DNA from: a virus
DNA: 64,000 nt
Virus record (IMG/VR): IMGVR_UViG_3300025120_010946
Span: 1 to 64,000 of that record
Direction: 5' to 3' (one strand)
Under the pieces are notes generated by a model, which had not been told where the DNA came from, ran no database searches, and was given only the letters and a program-made list of their open reading frames with translations. Shown piece by piece: positions 52,168 to 62,529 of this stretch (positions within the stretch are counted from its first letter, which is position 1; each line of letters starts with the position of its first letter). Position numbers and translations under genes: made by a program.

Positions 52168-53256
52168 ATGTCTGAATATAAGAAAACAGCACTGGTTCTG
52201 GGTGCTGGTGGTTTCATTGGAAGTCATATGGTAAAACGACTCCGCGAAGAAGGGTACTGGGTTCGTGGAGTCGATCTTAAGCAACCAGAATTTTCATCAA
52301 CTAGGGCAAATGAGTTTGTGCAAGGTGACTTGCGTGATGTAGAATTTGTTCGTCGTGTCATTCAATTCAAAGGATATCAGGGGAACTTCTATAACTCTGT
52401 TCCGTATCAATATATCCAACCTTTTAACGAGATCTATCAGTTTGCTGCTGATATGGGAGGTGCAGGTTACATCTTTAGTGGTGATCACGATGCTGATGTC
52501 ATGCATAACTCCTGCTCTGTTAATCTAAATGTGCTTGAAGAAGTTCGTAAACTGAATGAGACTTTTAATGGTGAAGTAAAAGAGTGGACAGAAGCAAATA
52601 GACCTCTTTGGTTGCAACCAACCAAGATCTTCTACAGTTCTTCTGCTTGCATGTACCCCGAACATAATCAACTAGATCCTGATAACCCAGACTGTCGTGA
52701 AGAATCAGCATACCCCGCAGCACCAGACTCCGAATACGGATGGGAGAAACTCTTTAGTGAGCGTCTCTACTTTGCTTACAACAGGAACTATGGTATTCCT
52801 GTTCGTGTCGCTCGTTACCATAACATCTTTGGACCCGAGGGAACCTGGGACGGTGGAAAGGAGAAAGCTCCAGCTGCAATCTGCCGTAAAGTCGCTGAAT
52901 TATCACCACTCGGCGGATCCATCGAAGTGTGGGGAGATGGCTTACAGACTCGTTCCTTCCTGTTCATTAATGAATGCATTGAAGCAACTCGACGACTGAT
53001 GGATAGTGACTTCATGGGTCCTGTTAATATTGGTTCTGAAGAGATGGTTACCATCAATCAACTTGTAGATACTGCTGCTCGCGTTGCGGGTAAAAAAGTT
53101 ACTAAAGATCATATTGATGGACCTCTTGGTGTTCGTGGAAGAAACTCAAATAACGATTTGATTCGTGAGAAACTTGGATGGGATTACTCTCAGACACTTG
53201 AAGAAGGAATTCGTTTGACTTATAATTGGATTGCTAAGCAGGTGTCCTCACGATGA
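52168..53256 (+). CDS. GDP-mannose 3,5-epimerase-like extended SDR
   Basis: GAGGFIG, AADMGGAG, SSSACMYPE, YGWEK, GGKEKAPAAICRK, GVRGRNS. Confidence 0.85.
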   Translation: MSEYKKTALVLGAGGFIGSHMVKRLREEGYWVRGVDLKQPEFSSTRANEFVQGDLRDVEFVRRVIQFKGYQGNFYNSVPYQYIQPFNEIYQFAADMGGAGYIFSGDHDADVMHNSCSVNLNVLEEVRKLNETFNGEVKEWTEANRPLWLQPTKIFYSSSACMYPEHNQLDPDNPDCREESAYPAAPDSEYGWEKLFSERLYFAYNRNYGIPVRVARYHNIFGPEGTWDGGKEKAPAAICRKVAELSPLGGSIEVWGDGLQTRSFLFINECIEATRRLMDSDFMGPVNIGSEEMVTINQLVDTAARVAGKKVTKDHIDGPLGVRGRNSNNDLIREKLGWDYSQTLEEGIRLTYNWIAKQVSSR

Positions 53257-54107
53257 TTATTACAGTATTGGGTTCAAGTGGACAGATAGGTGCTTATCTT
53301 TCGAGTCATCTTCGTGATAAGGGACATGAAGTCATTGAGATTGATAAAGAGTTGGGATCTAGCCATAACTTGACTGTCATTCCAAATGAGTTTGTTGAGT
53401 TGCAAATTAAACGCTCTGACTTTGTATTCGTCTTAGCGTTTGATGTTGGTGGATCTAGATACCTAAAGAAGTATCAGCATACGTTTGATTTTGTTAATAA
53501 CAATACTCGTATGATGGCAAACGTATTTACGATGCTTGAGAAGCATCATAAACGTTTTGTCTTTGCTTCTTCTCAAATGAGTAACATGAGTTACTCTCCT
53601 TACGGTGTTCTTAAGAGAGTTGGTGAACTCTATACCTCAACATTGAAAGGACTTACAGTTAAGTTCTGGAATGTTTACGGTATTGAGAAAGACATGGACA
53701 AAGCACATGTCATTACTGATTTCATCCGTAAAGGATTTGAAGAAACTAAATTTGAGATGTTGACTGATGGCACTGAAGAACGTCAGTTTCTCTATGCTGA
53801 GGACTGTTGTGAGGCACTAGAAACAATCATGGATAACTATACGGACTTCAAACCAGAAGATCCTCTCCATATTACGTCATTTAATTCTAGTACTGTTAGA
53901 GAAATCGCTAACATTATTCAAGGATGCTTTGGATTGATTGGAAATCATGACGTAGTCATTAAGTCTGGACTTGCTAAAGATAGTGTTCAGATGGATAAGA
54001 GAAACTCACCAGACACTTATATTCTTGACTGGTGGATTCCTAAAACCACTATTGATGTGGGTATCAGAAAAGTATTTAATGAAATGAAAAAGAACTATGG
54101 CTACTAA
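53253..54107 (+). CDS. NAD-dependent nucleotide-sugar epimerase/reductase
   Basis: GSSGQIG, YGVLK, NVYG, RQFLYAED. Confidence 0.8.
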   Translation: MIITVLGSSGQIGAYLSSHLRDKGHEVIEIDKELGSSHNLTVIPNEFVELQIKRSDFVFVLAFDVGGSRYLKKYQHTFDFVNNNTRMMANVFTMLEKHHKRFVFASSQMSNMSYSPYGVLKRVGELYTSTLKGLTVKFWNVYGIEKDMDKAHVITDFIRKGFEETKFEMLTDGTEERQFLYAEDCCEALETIMDNYTDFKPEDPLHITSFNSSTVREIANIIQGCFGLIGNHDVVIKSGLAKDSVQMDKRNSPDTYILDWWIPKTTIDVGIRKVFNEMKKNYGY

Positions 54108-54894
54108 TCTTTCCGAAATTAGAAACTTTATTAATGAACCTCATTGTGATCTTGGTGTCAATGCCTGGGCTCTTGCAGAATTGGTAAAGACATTTAAGAA
54201 TGCAAGATTTTTGGATCTTGGTGTGCGTCTTGGCGCATCATCAGCGATTATGTCTATCGATGCAAATGAAAACAATAATCAAGTATGTGGTTGTGACTTG
54301 ATGTTTGATGGTTTTCAACGTAATGGTGCTCGTTTCGTTGAAGAAAATTATATTTGCTATCAAGCAGATAGTGTAACTCTTGGTAAAAACTGGGACGAAG
54401 ATCCTTTTGATATCATCTTTGTTGATACAATTCATACTCGTGAGCAAGTCCTTGCCGAAATGTATTATTGGATCAATCACATTAAAGAAGGTGGATATTT
54501 TATTTTCCATGATTCTCATTGGATAGGTTCGGGTGGTGAAGATAACCCGGTACAAGAAGATACTTATGGTGATACCATTGGTGGTAAATTATGGAAGCGT
54601 CCTGACGTAGCAGTTACAGATTTCTTTGGACTGTCTAGTAGCGTTCGTGAATTGGGTGACTACGAGGATGAAAATATCAAAATAGATCATTATAAACCAA
54701 GTCATGGTATGACTTTTGTTCAAATTAAAAATCTTGATTCCATCAATGAATTTAAGAAAAATGTTGATTGGAAACAAGTTTTTGAGATTCGTAATTGGTT
54801 GAATGATCTTCACTTTAATCCAGAGAATCCTAACTTTGTTGATTGGCAACAAGACATTACCAACATTGAAAATGAATTAGTTCTTAATCCATGA
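54097..54894 (+). CDS. Class I SAM-dependent methyltransferase
   Basis: FLDLGVRLGASS, FDIIFVDTIH, GGYFIFHD. Confidence 0.8.
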   Translation: MATNLSEIRNFINEPHCDLGVNAWALAELVKTFKNARFLDLGVRLGASSAIMSIDANENNNQVCGCDLMFDGFQRNGARFVEENYICYQADSVTLGKNWDEDPFDIIFVDTIHTREQVLAEMYYWINHIKEGGYFIFHDSHWIGSGGEDNPVQEDTYGDTIGGKLWKRPDVAVTDFFGLSSSVRELGDYEDENIKIDHYKPSHGMTFVQIKNLDSINEFKKNVDWKQVFEIRNWLNDLHFNPENPNFVDWQQDITNIENELVLNP

Positions 54895-55721
54895 CATTTG
54901 AAGTATCACATTGGAGTGGCAGGTTAGGTAATAACATCCAACAGGTTGCTAACTGCTTAATGGCTGCTGAAGGTTATAAGTCTGTCTTTAGACAGAAACT
55001 TGATCATGATATTATCAGCAATTTTAAAGTTGATTTTCAAGAAATGTCTCACACTTCGCAGTGGGCAGGAAAGGGAAGGTATTATTCATGGGAACCTTTG
55101 ATTCATTGTGAGAAAGGTATTCATGAAGGCAGTAATGAAACGGGTGTAGAGGTAGATTTTATTTACAAAAACATGCGTCGTATTTGTAAAAATCATATCG
55201 CACCAAATCTAAAACTTCCTGAAAAAGAAGTGATAGGTGAAGATACTATTGTCATGCATTTAAGGAGTGGTGATAATTATCATCGTATCTTTGATCCACC
55301 GACTAACTATGTTCCCAATCCTCTAATTTTTTATTTAAATTTAATTGAGAGTTTTGATAAGTGTATCCTCATTACAGAACCTGATGATAAGAACCCAATC
55401 GTTCATGAGTTAAAAAAAATTGATAAGGTTCAGATTCAATCTTCCTCTGTTGCTGAGGACTTTGCAACATTGATGAGTGCAAAAAATCTTGCACTTTCTG
55501 GTGTTGGTACATTTGCAATAGCAGCATCTTTATGTTCCAGTAAGATAGAAAATCTATTCACTACAGATTTGCTGTTGACTGAACACCTAAATTATACTAT
55601 GCTATTCAACACAGATGTTGAAGTTCATGTTATGGAACTGGGTGAGGATTATATTCCAGTCATTCCGTGCAGTTGGGCGAACACTGAAGAGCAAAGACAG
55701 TTTATTCTAGATTATAGATGA
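54891..55721 (+). CDS. GT11-like (alpha-1,2-fucosyltransferase-like) glycosyltransferase
   Basis: GRLGNNIQQ, MHLRSGD, EDFATLM...GTF. Confidence 0.65.
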   Translation: MTFEVSHWSGRLGNNIQQVANCLMAAEGYKSVFRQKLDHDIISNFKVDFQEMSHTSQWAGKGRYYSWEPLIHCEKGIHEGSNETGVEVDFIYKNMRRICKNHIAPNLKLPEKEVIGEDTIVMHLRSGDNYHRIFDPPTNYVPNPLIFYLNLIESFDKCILITEPDDKNPIVHELKKIDKVQIQSSSVAEDFATLMSAKNLALSGVGTFAIAASLCSSKIENLFTTDLLLTEHLNYTMLFNTDVEVHVMELGEDYIPVIPCSWANTEEQRQFILDYR

Positions 55722-56707
55722 AAATCTTCGTTACAGGTTGTGCTGGTTTGCTTGGAGCAAACTATGCTCGACACCTCCTTGCCTCTGGGCATGAAGTAAT
55801 AGGTATTGATGATCTCTCTGGAGGGTACAAAGCGTTTGTGCCTAAAGGGGAGAAATTTAGTTTCGTAAAATTAAACCTAGAAAAAAGAAAAAAAGTTGTT
55901 GAACTTTTTAAAGAACATCAACCTGATGTTCTCATTCATTTTGCGGCGTATGCAGCTGAAGGACTATCTCCTTTTATTCGTAATTTTAATTATCGTAATA
56001 ACCTTATTGTTTCCGCTAATCTAATCAATGAGTGTATCACCTACGGAACGAAAGTCATATTTACTTCTAGTATGGCAGTCTATGGTGATCAAGAACCACC
56101 CTTTACCGAAGATAAACGTCCACAACCTATTGATCCATATGGTGTGGCAAAATATGCGGTAGAGTGTGATTTAAAACTCGCTCATGAACAGTTTGGACTT
56201 CGATATAATATTGTTCGTCCTCATAATGTTTTGGGAGTATATCAAAACATCTGGGATAGATATCGCAATGTGATTGGAATCTTTATTCGTAAAGCACTTA
56301 ACGGACAACCCATTCTTGTATATGGTGATGGAGAACAAACTCGTGCGTTTTCTGATATCAAATATTACATGGAACCATTTGATAAACTTCTGACGGATTT
56401 TGATGGTGAGACATTCAATATTGGTGCTGATAAATATTTTTCTCTTAATGAAGTCGCACTAACAGTTCAGACTGTCGCTTTCAAATATGGTTATGATGTT
56501 CCTATTGAGTATGGAGAACCACGCCATGAAGCTAAACATGCTTTCTGTGATCACACAAAAGCAAAATCAATGTTGAACTTTAAAGATCAAACAAATCTTG
56601 CAGAGTTAATTGAGAGTATGTTCATTTGGGCAATGAAGCAACCAAATCGTAAAGTTAAGAGTATGGAATACGAAGTCACAAAAGACATTTATGATTATTG
56701 GAAATGA
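55718..56707 (+). CDS. NAD-dependent nucleotide-sugar epimerase/dehydratase
   Basis: GCAGLLG, SSMAVYG, PYGVAK, YGDGEQTRAF. Confidence 0.88.
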   Translation: MKIFVTGCAGLLGANYARHLLASGHEVIGIDDLSGGYKAFVPKGEKFSFVKLNLEKRKKVVELFKEHQPDVLIHFAAYAAEGLSPFIRNFNYRNNLIVSANLINECITYGTKVIFTSSMAVYGDQEPPFTEDKRPQPIDPYGVAKYAVECDLKLAHEQFGLRYNIVRPHNVLGVYQNIWDRYRNVIGIFIRKALNGQPILVYGDGEQTRAFSDIKYYMEPFDKLLTDFDGETFNIGADKYFSLNEVALTVQTVAFKYGYDVPIEYGEPRHEAKHAFCDHTKAKSMLNFKDQTNLAELIESMFIWAMKQPNRKVKSMEYEVTKDIYDYWK

Positions 56708-57399
56708 CTGATTTAGAAGTACTAGAGGGGCAGTATCCCACAGGATCTGAAAGGTATTTTGCCGATAAACATGATCGATTAAAGTATAAATTTTCTGGAT
56801 CTGAGGATGTTATTGAAAACCATTCTCAATCAATGCAAGACATGTTTGTTCTTTCTGTATTAGATGGAAAGACGAATGGAGTTTATGTAGAGGTTGGAGC
56901 AGATCGCCCAAGAGTAATCAATAACACTTGGTTACTTGAATCAATGTATGATTGGATGGGTGTTTCTTTTGAGATTGATCCAATTAAAGTTGATTACTTT
57001 AATACTATTAGGAGAAACAAATGCATATGTGCCGATGCTACAGAATTTGACTATAAGTTTTTATTTGAAGAGAGGAACTACCCAAAACAAATTGATTATT
57101 TGCAATTAGATTGTGATCCTCCTGAGGTTACTCTTGCATGTTTAAAAAAGTTACCTCTTGACGACTACAGATTTTCTATAATTACCTTTGAGACAGATCT
57201 ATATGCTGGTGGACATGCAGTTCAGAAAGAGCAATGGGAAATTCTATGTAGTTTGGGATATAAAAGAATTGCAAAAAATGTAAATAATGAAGGTAATCCA
57301 TATGAAGATTGGTGGATTGATCCTTTAATCATATCTGAAGATAGATGTGTACCTTTTATGATTGATGATGTGGAATTTAGTAAAATTGTTTTAAACTGA
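56698..57399 (+). CDS. FkbM-like methyltransferase
   Basis: SQSMQDMFV, YVEVGA, NNTWLLE, IDYLQLDCD. Confidence 0.75.
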   Translation: MEMTDLEVLEGQYPTGSERYFADKHDRLKYKFSGSEDVIENHSQSMQDMFVLSVLDGKTNGVYVEVGADRPRVINNTWLLESMYDWMGVSFEIDPIKVDYFNTIRRNKCICADATEFDYKFLFEERNYPKQIDYLQLDCDPPEVTLACLKKLPLDDYRFSIITFETDLYAGGHAVQKEQWEILCSLGYKRIAKNVNNEGNPYEDWWIDPLIISEDRCVPFMIDDVEFSKIVLN

Positions 57400-58001
57400 T
57401 GTTATTAGACTTTAATCGACTCAAGCAAGAACACAACGTAAACATCACGGGTGTTATCCATGTTGGTGGACATATTGGTGATGAACTTGAAGAATATCGT
57501 GGTGTAGAAAACTTAATTATTTTTGAACCACAAAAGCATTGCTATGATCAACTTGTAGAAAAAGCAGAGCGTATTGGTTTACCTGGTAAGTTTGTAAATT
57601 GTGCTCTAGGAAATTTCATTGGTGAAGCTGAAATTACCTCTGATCCAACTGGACTTACTGGATCACTATTAGAACCTGGATTAGTTGTAGACTATCCTGA
57701 CATTGTGTTTAGTGAGAAGTTTATGGTTGATGTTTCTAAAATGGATGAAGAAATTCCTTCAGATCATCCGTATAACTTCCTGAATATGGACGTTCAGGGG
57801 TATGAATTAGAGGTTCTGAAGGGCGGAACTACCACACTTGAGAAGATCGAGTATGTTATGACTGAGGTTAATCGTGCTGAGGTTTATAAAAAGTGTGCTA
57901 TGATTGAAGAACTCACCGAATTCTTGGCACAATACAACCTTGTAAAAGTTGCCGAAGCATGGCATGGCGACTGGGGTGATGCATTTTACATTAAGGGATG
58001 A
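57399..58001 (+). CDS. FkbM family methyltransferase
   Basis: HVGGHIG, FEP, MDVQGYELEVLKG. Confidence 0.85.
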   Translation: MLLDFNRLKQEHNVNITGVIHVGGHIGDELEEYRGVENLIIFEPQKHCYDQLVEKAERIGLPGKFVNCALGNFIGEAEITSDPTGLTGSLLEPGLVVDYPDIVFSEKFMVDVSKMDEEIPSDHPYNFLNMDVQGYELEVLKGGTTTLEKIEYVMTEVNRAEVYKKCAMIEELTEFLAQYNLVKVAEAWHGDWGDAFYIKG

Positions 58002-58861
58002 ACATGAAAGTTTTTGATTCGTTTATTTTTTTCAACGAACTTGAGTTGCTTGAGATGCGTCTCAACATCTTAGGAGACGTTGTAGACAAGTTTGTTCTTA
58101 CAGAATCTCCTTATACTGTCAGTGGTAATGAAAAACCATTGTATTATGAGGAGAATAAAGATAAATTTGCTAAGTGGAGTGATAAGATTGTTCACAATAT
58201 TACAGAAGAAATTCCAAATGACTTCTCTAATATGATGGAGAAGAGTAAGTTTCATATTGGTTATGGTGAACTTGATCCATATGGACAACGTTTTATTGAT
58301 CTTCCTATCCGTTTCCAACGTGCTGTCTATAATCGTAATGCTAGTTGTTTTGGCATTGAGAAAGCTGGTGCTGAAGATGGTGACATCGTGATGACTAGTG
58401 ATGCTGATGAAATTATCAACCCACTTGTTCTTGAGGATCTATTCTGGTTTGATCCTAGTAAACATTACACAACTATTTGCAATGCTTATTACTTTAAACT
58501 AAACTTCTTATATCAATGTGACTGGATGGGAACGAGACTTTGTACTTGGAAACACCTGAAAGGAACCACTATTGATCAGCATCGGCAAGATCATGCTAAT
58601 GCTTATAAGATTACTAATGGTGGTTGGCACTTCAGTTTCTTAGGAAACGCTGAAAACTTTAAACTGAAACTTGCTTCCTATGAACACACAGAGAACAATA
58701 TCGCATCTAACACTGACAACGCAGAAGAAAAGATAGAACAAGGACTCGATCCTATCGGTAGAGGAATGACATATGAAGCAGTCCCTATCGACGACAGTTA
58801 TCCAGAATATATTCAAAATAACCAGGAAAAGTACGCAGAATTTATTAAACCATGGAACTAA
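57998..58861 (+). CDS. GT17 (MGAT3-like) glycosyltransferase
   Basis: FFNELELLEMRL, ESPYTVSGNEKP, SDADEI, GWHFSF. Confidence 0.8.
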   Translation: MNMKVFDSFIFFNELELLEMRLNILGDVVDKFVLTESPYTVSGNEKPLYYEENKDKFAKWSDKIVHNITEEIPNDFSNMMEKSKFHIGYGELDPYGQRFIDLPIRFQRAVYNRNASCFGIEKAGAEDGDIVMTSDADEIINPLVLEDLFWFDPSKHYTTICNAYYFKLNFLYQCDWMGTRLCTWKHLKGTTIDQHRQDHANAYKITNGGWHFSFLGNAENFKLKLASYEHTENNIASNTDNAEEKIEQGLDPIGRGMTYEAVPIDDSYPEYIQNNQEKYAEFIKPWN

Positions 58862-59778
58862 TTGAAGGTGTAGCACTGTCTAGACTTTGTGATTACTCAT
58901 TTGGTGATCAAGCTGGACAGTGGAGCAACATTCACACACACTTTATGAAGGATGCAAATTTTATAAACGTTGAGTTTGCTTCCAAAGTATTTGAAATAAA
59001 GAAAAGTAGAGATTATATGACTCTCTTTATTGATAATATTCGTTTATATAAAAGAGATATAGTTGAAGTAAAGGAGAGTGATAAATCAGTTGTAAATGCC
59101 ATGATGGAGAATAGTGATCTCCTTAAATTATGTGGCGAATTTCCAGAAATGAACTTTATCATCTTTACAAATTTGGAGGACACTCCTCTTGATGAGTATG
59201 TCTTTGATTCTATACCTGATAATGTTCTACGTATCTGTGCTGCTAATTCCATGGTATGGGGAGACAAAGTAATTCCGGCTCCCTATGGAGTTCAGAGACT
59301 CATGTCTTACAATGATGATAGGATTCAGGTTCTTAAGTCATACATGACTAAAGAAAAAATGCCTACAGCGTTTAGATTGTTGTATGTTGGTATTAATGAA
59401 AACTCTCATGAAGAGAGAACTGGATTAACTAAAAAGTTTCTTGATAACCCATGGGCAACTGTGGAGACGGAGAGAGTTAATTTTGAAACTTATCTTGATA
59501 GGATGTGGCGGTGTAAGTTTGTCTTATGTCCTAGAGGAAACGCTATTGATTGTCATAGAAACTGGGAAACAGTTTACATGGGTAGAGTTCCTGTGATGAA
59601 GAGGAATCCTTATCTTGAAGAATTATATGCACCATATCAAGTTCTTTGGGTAAATGATTACTCTGAAGTGACTGAACAACTTTTATTGGACAACAATCAA
59701 CTTTTTCTTGACGCTCAAAATGTTGATCTTAGTTCTCTTGATCTTAATAATTTTTTTGAAAAATGGAAAAAACCTTAG
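58852..59778 (+). CDS. Exostosin/GT47-like protein
   Basis: KFVLCPRGNAIDCHRNWETVYMGRVPV. Confidence 0.65.
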   Translation: MELIEGVALSRLCDYSFGDQAGQWSNIHTHFMKDANFINVEFASKVFEIKKSRDYMTLFIDNIRLYKRDIVEVKESDKSVVNAMMENSDLLKLCGEFPEMNFIIFTNLEDTPLDEYVFDSIPDNVLRICAANSMVWGDKVIPAPYGVQRLMSYNDDRIQVLKSYMTKEKMPTAFRLLYVGINENSHEERTGLTKKFLDNPWATVETERVNFETYLDRMWRCKFVLCPRGNAIDCHRNWETVYMGRVPVMKRNPYLEELYAPYQVLWVNDYSEVTEQLLLDNNQLFLDAQNVDLSSLDLNNFFEKWKKP

Positions 59779-60458
59779 TAGTATCAAATCACAATTCTGA
59801 CTTAGAGTGGTTAAACACCACTTACGATTATGGGTTTTCTCCTGACAACACCATCATCTATGATAGAAGCGATGAGGTAAAGGACTGGAGTCACCTGGGT
59901 AAAAACATTAGATCACCTAATGTTGGTGAGAATATCTACGACATTATGCGTTATATTGTAGAGCATTATGAAAATCTCCCTGATGTCTGCATCTTTATCA
60001 AGGGTAATATGTTTCAGCGTCCTGAAGATAGGGGTGGTGCTGAGTATTATACAACTCATGATAGATTCTATCGTGCCCTAAGTGCAGAGTATTTTCTTCC
60101 TATTGAACGCTTCCATGATTCCACTGTCTTAGTTTGTAATGGTGGTGGATTTATTCAACCAACATGGGAGGCTGTTAGCAATCAGACAGTTTACACTAGA
60201 CATTTTGCGACATTCCCTCAAATGTTGAATAAACTGTTTATAGATCCACCAAATTTTCCTTATAATAGGTTCGCACCTGGGGGAAATTATGTTGTTCCCA
60301 GAGCAAATATTCTTAAATTTAGTAAAGAGTTCTATGAAAAACTGCAGTTCTATGTCTCATACGAACCACCTGAGGAGTTTCAAAGCACTTCTGGGGAGTC
60401 ATATTTGATTGAGAGACTTCTTTATATGATGTGGACAGAGGATTTGCAAGAATGTTAA
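59763..60458 (+). CDS. DUF3431-like putative glycosyltransferase
   Basis: LVVS...DLEWL, NVGEN, YIVEHYENLPD, ERL. Confidence 0.6.
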   Translation: MEKTLVVSNHNSDLEWLNTTYDYGFSPDNTIIYDRSDEVKDWSHLGKNIRSPNVGENIYDIMRYIVEHYENLPDVCIFIKGNMFQRPEDRGGAEYYTTHDRFYRALSAEYFLPIERFHDSTVLVCNGGGFIQPTWEAVSNQTVYTRHFATFPQMLNKLFIDPPNFPYNRFAPGGNYVVPRANILKFSKEFYEKLQFYVSYEPPEEFQSTSGESYLIERLLYMMWTEDLQEC

Positions 60459-61246
60459 GCGTCTATGGTGCAGGATATATTGGTGGTAGATATTGCCAGA
60501 TGTATCCAAAAGATACGCATGTTATTCCTAGAGAGCAAAGATCTCCTGTATCTAAAGAGATTTTATATTTGATTTCTACGATTGACAATAGTAATATCCA
60601 TGACAATATTACATTAGACGTAGAAACAAATCTCCGTATTTTTTGTGAAGTGCTTGATCATTGTCGTAGTGATGATATCTGTATCAATTTTATTTCTTCT
60701 TGGTTCGTTTACGGGGATTGTGATCTTCCTGCAAAAGAAGATTCGATTTGTAACCCAAAAGGTTTCTATTCAATTACTAAAAAGTGTGCTGAGGATTTGC
60801 TGATTGACTTTTGTAGAACATATAAAGTAAAGTATAGAATAATGCGAATGCCCAATGTCGTTGGTGGAATTGATCCAAAGGCATCTCCAAAGAAAAATGC
60901 AATTCATTATTTAATTGAAGAACTTAAAAAGAATAATAACATCACTTTATATAATAATGGTGAAATTATTAAAGATATTATGCATGTTGATGATGTATGT
61001 AGAGGTATCAATAGAGTTATTAATGAAGGGGAATATAATACCATCTACAATATTGGAAGTGGACAGCAGACAACTCTTGGTGATATAATTAGAATAGCAA
61101 AGCATTTCTTAAATTCAGAATCTAAAATTCTGACAAAGAAAGCAATTACTCAAGATATGTTTCTTGACTCCTCAAAATTGAGGAAACTTGGATTTCAACC
61201 ACAAATATCTCAAACTGAAATTATCAGAGAACTATGTACCAACTGA
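60452..61246 (+). CDS. NAD-dependent nucleotide-sugar epimerase/reductase
   Basis: GAGYIG, SSWFVYG, YSITK; ATG 60452. Confidence 0.8.
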   Translation: MLSVYGAGYIGGRYCQMYPKDTHVIPREQRSPVSKEILYLISTIDNSNIHDNITLDVETNLRIFCEVLDHCRSDDICINFISSWFVYGDCDLPAKEDSICNPKGFYSITKKCAEDLLIDFCRTYKVKYRIMRMPNVVGGIDPKASPKKNAIHYLIEELKKNNNITLYNNGEIIKDIMHVDDVCRGINRVINEGEYNTIYNIGSGQQTTLGDIIRIAKHFLNSESKILTKKAITQDMFLDSSKLRKLGFQPQISQTEIIRELCTN

Positions 61247-62529
61247 TTGATACCTTTATTGAGTCAGCAAAGGAGATGGATGAGGATATCTTTCCTTTTA
61301 TGGCTAATAAAAATTGGGAAGAAGGTAAACCCGTTTACTATTCTGGACCTTACTGGGATGATGATGAGGCGAGAGAATTAATTTATGCTGTTATGAAGGG
61401 TAAGTGGTTATCCTCTGGTGAAAAAGTAAACAAGTTTGAACACGAATTCTCAAAGAAATTTGGTTATAAACAATCAGTGATGGTGAACTCTGGTAGTTCT
61501 GCTAATCTTGTAATGATTGCTGCACTGAAAAAATATTTTAATTGGGCAGACGGTGACGAAGTTATTGTATGTGCTTGTGGGTTTGCAACAACTGTTGCAC
61601 CCATTGTACAAGCAGGACTTAAACCTGTGTTTGTTGATATTGATTGGCATGATCTTAACTGGAATCTTAAAGAGGTTGAGGCAAAGATTGGTGATAGGAC
61701 TGTAGCTGTAATCTCATCACCAGTTTTAGGTAACCCTTATGATATGAATAAACTTTATGATATCTTAGACAAATATAAAATTGAACTTATTGCAGATAAT
61801 TGTGATAGTCTAGGTAGTAAGTATGACGGCAAATATCTTACTGAACGTGCTGTAGCTGCATCGTGTTCTTTTTATCCTGCCCATCATATTTGCACTATTG
61901 AAGGTGGTATGGTTTCCTCTGATAACAAGGCAATCATTGATCTGGCACGTAGTTTTGCGTGGTGGGGGCGAGGTTGTTATTGTGTAGGACAACAGAATCT
62001 TTTATCAAATGGTGTATGTGGACGACGATTTGATAAGTGGTTAGAAAATTATCCAGATATTGTAGATCATAAGTATGTCTTTGGGAATATGGGTTATAAT
62101 CTAAAACCTCTTGATCTTCAGGGAGCAGTTGGTTCGGTTCAACTCTTAAAGTTTGAAGATATCCATAATAAACGCCGCAATAATAAATGGAAAATTCATC
62201 AAATTCTAGAAAAAATCCCTGGAATTCGTGTCATAAATGAAAAATCAATTGCAGAGACAAGTTGGTTTGGTGTGCCTATTCTGTGTAATAATAAAAAATT
62301 AAAGCACTCTCTTGTCAAACATTTTGAAAATAATAAAATTCAAACTAGAAACTATTTTGCTGGAAATATTTTACTTCATCCTGGATATTCACATCTTGAT
62401 GACGCGAATAAATATCCAAACGCGAACCAAGTGTTGGACTTAGTGTTCTTCCTTGGATGTTCGCCTACAATCACCAATAAGATGATTGATTATATCAGCA
62501 AAGTGGCATCTGAATATGTTAGCAACTGA
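61234..62529 (+). CDS. rfbH: NDP-4-keto-6-deoxyhexose 3-dehydratase (RfbH/DdhC-like, DegT fold)
   Basis: NSGSSANL; SFYPAHHICTIEGG (His at the Schiff-base Lys position); WGRGCYC...C and DHKY. Confidence 0.75.
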   Translation: MYQLIDTFIESAKEMDEDIFPFMANKNWEEGKPVYYSGPYWDDDEARELIYAVMKGKWLSSGEKVNKFEHEFSKKFGYKQSVMVNSGSSANLVMIAALKKYFNWADGDEVIVCACGFATTVAPIVQAGLKPVFVDIDWHDLNWNLKEVEAKIGDRTVAVISSPVLGNPYDMNKLYDILDKYKIELIADNCDSLGSKYDGKYLTERAVAASCSFYPAHHICTIEGGMVSSDNKAIIDLARSFAWWGRGCYCVGQQNLLSNGVCGRRFDKWLENYPDIVDHKYVFGNMGYNLKPLDLQGAVGSVQLLKFEDIHNKRRNNKWKIHQILEKIPGIRVINEKSIAETSWFGVPILCNNKKLKHSLVKHFENNKIQTRNYFAGNILLHPGYSHLDDANKYPNANQVLDLVFFLGCSPTITNKMIDYISKVASEYVSN

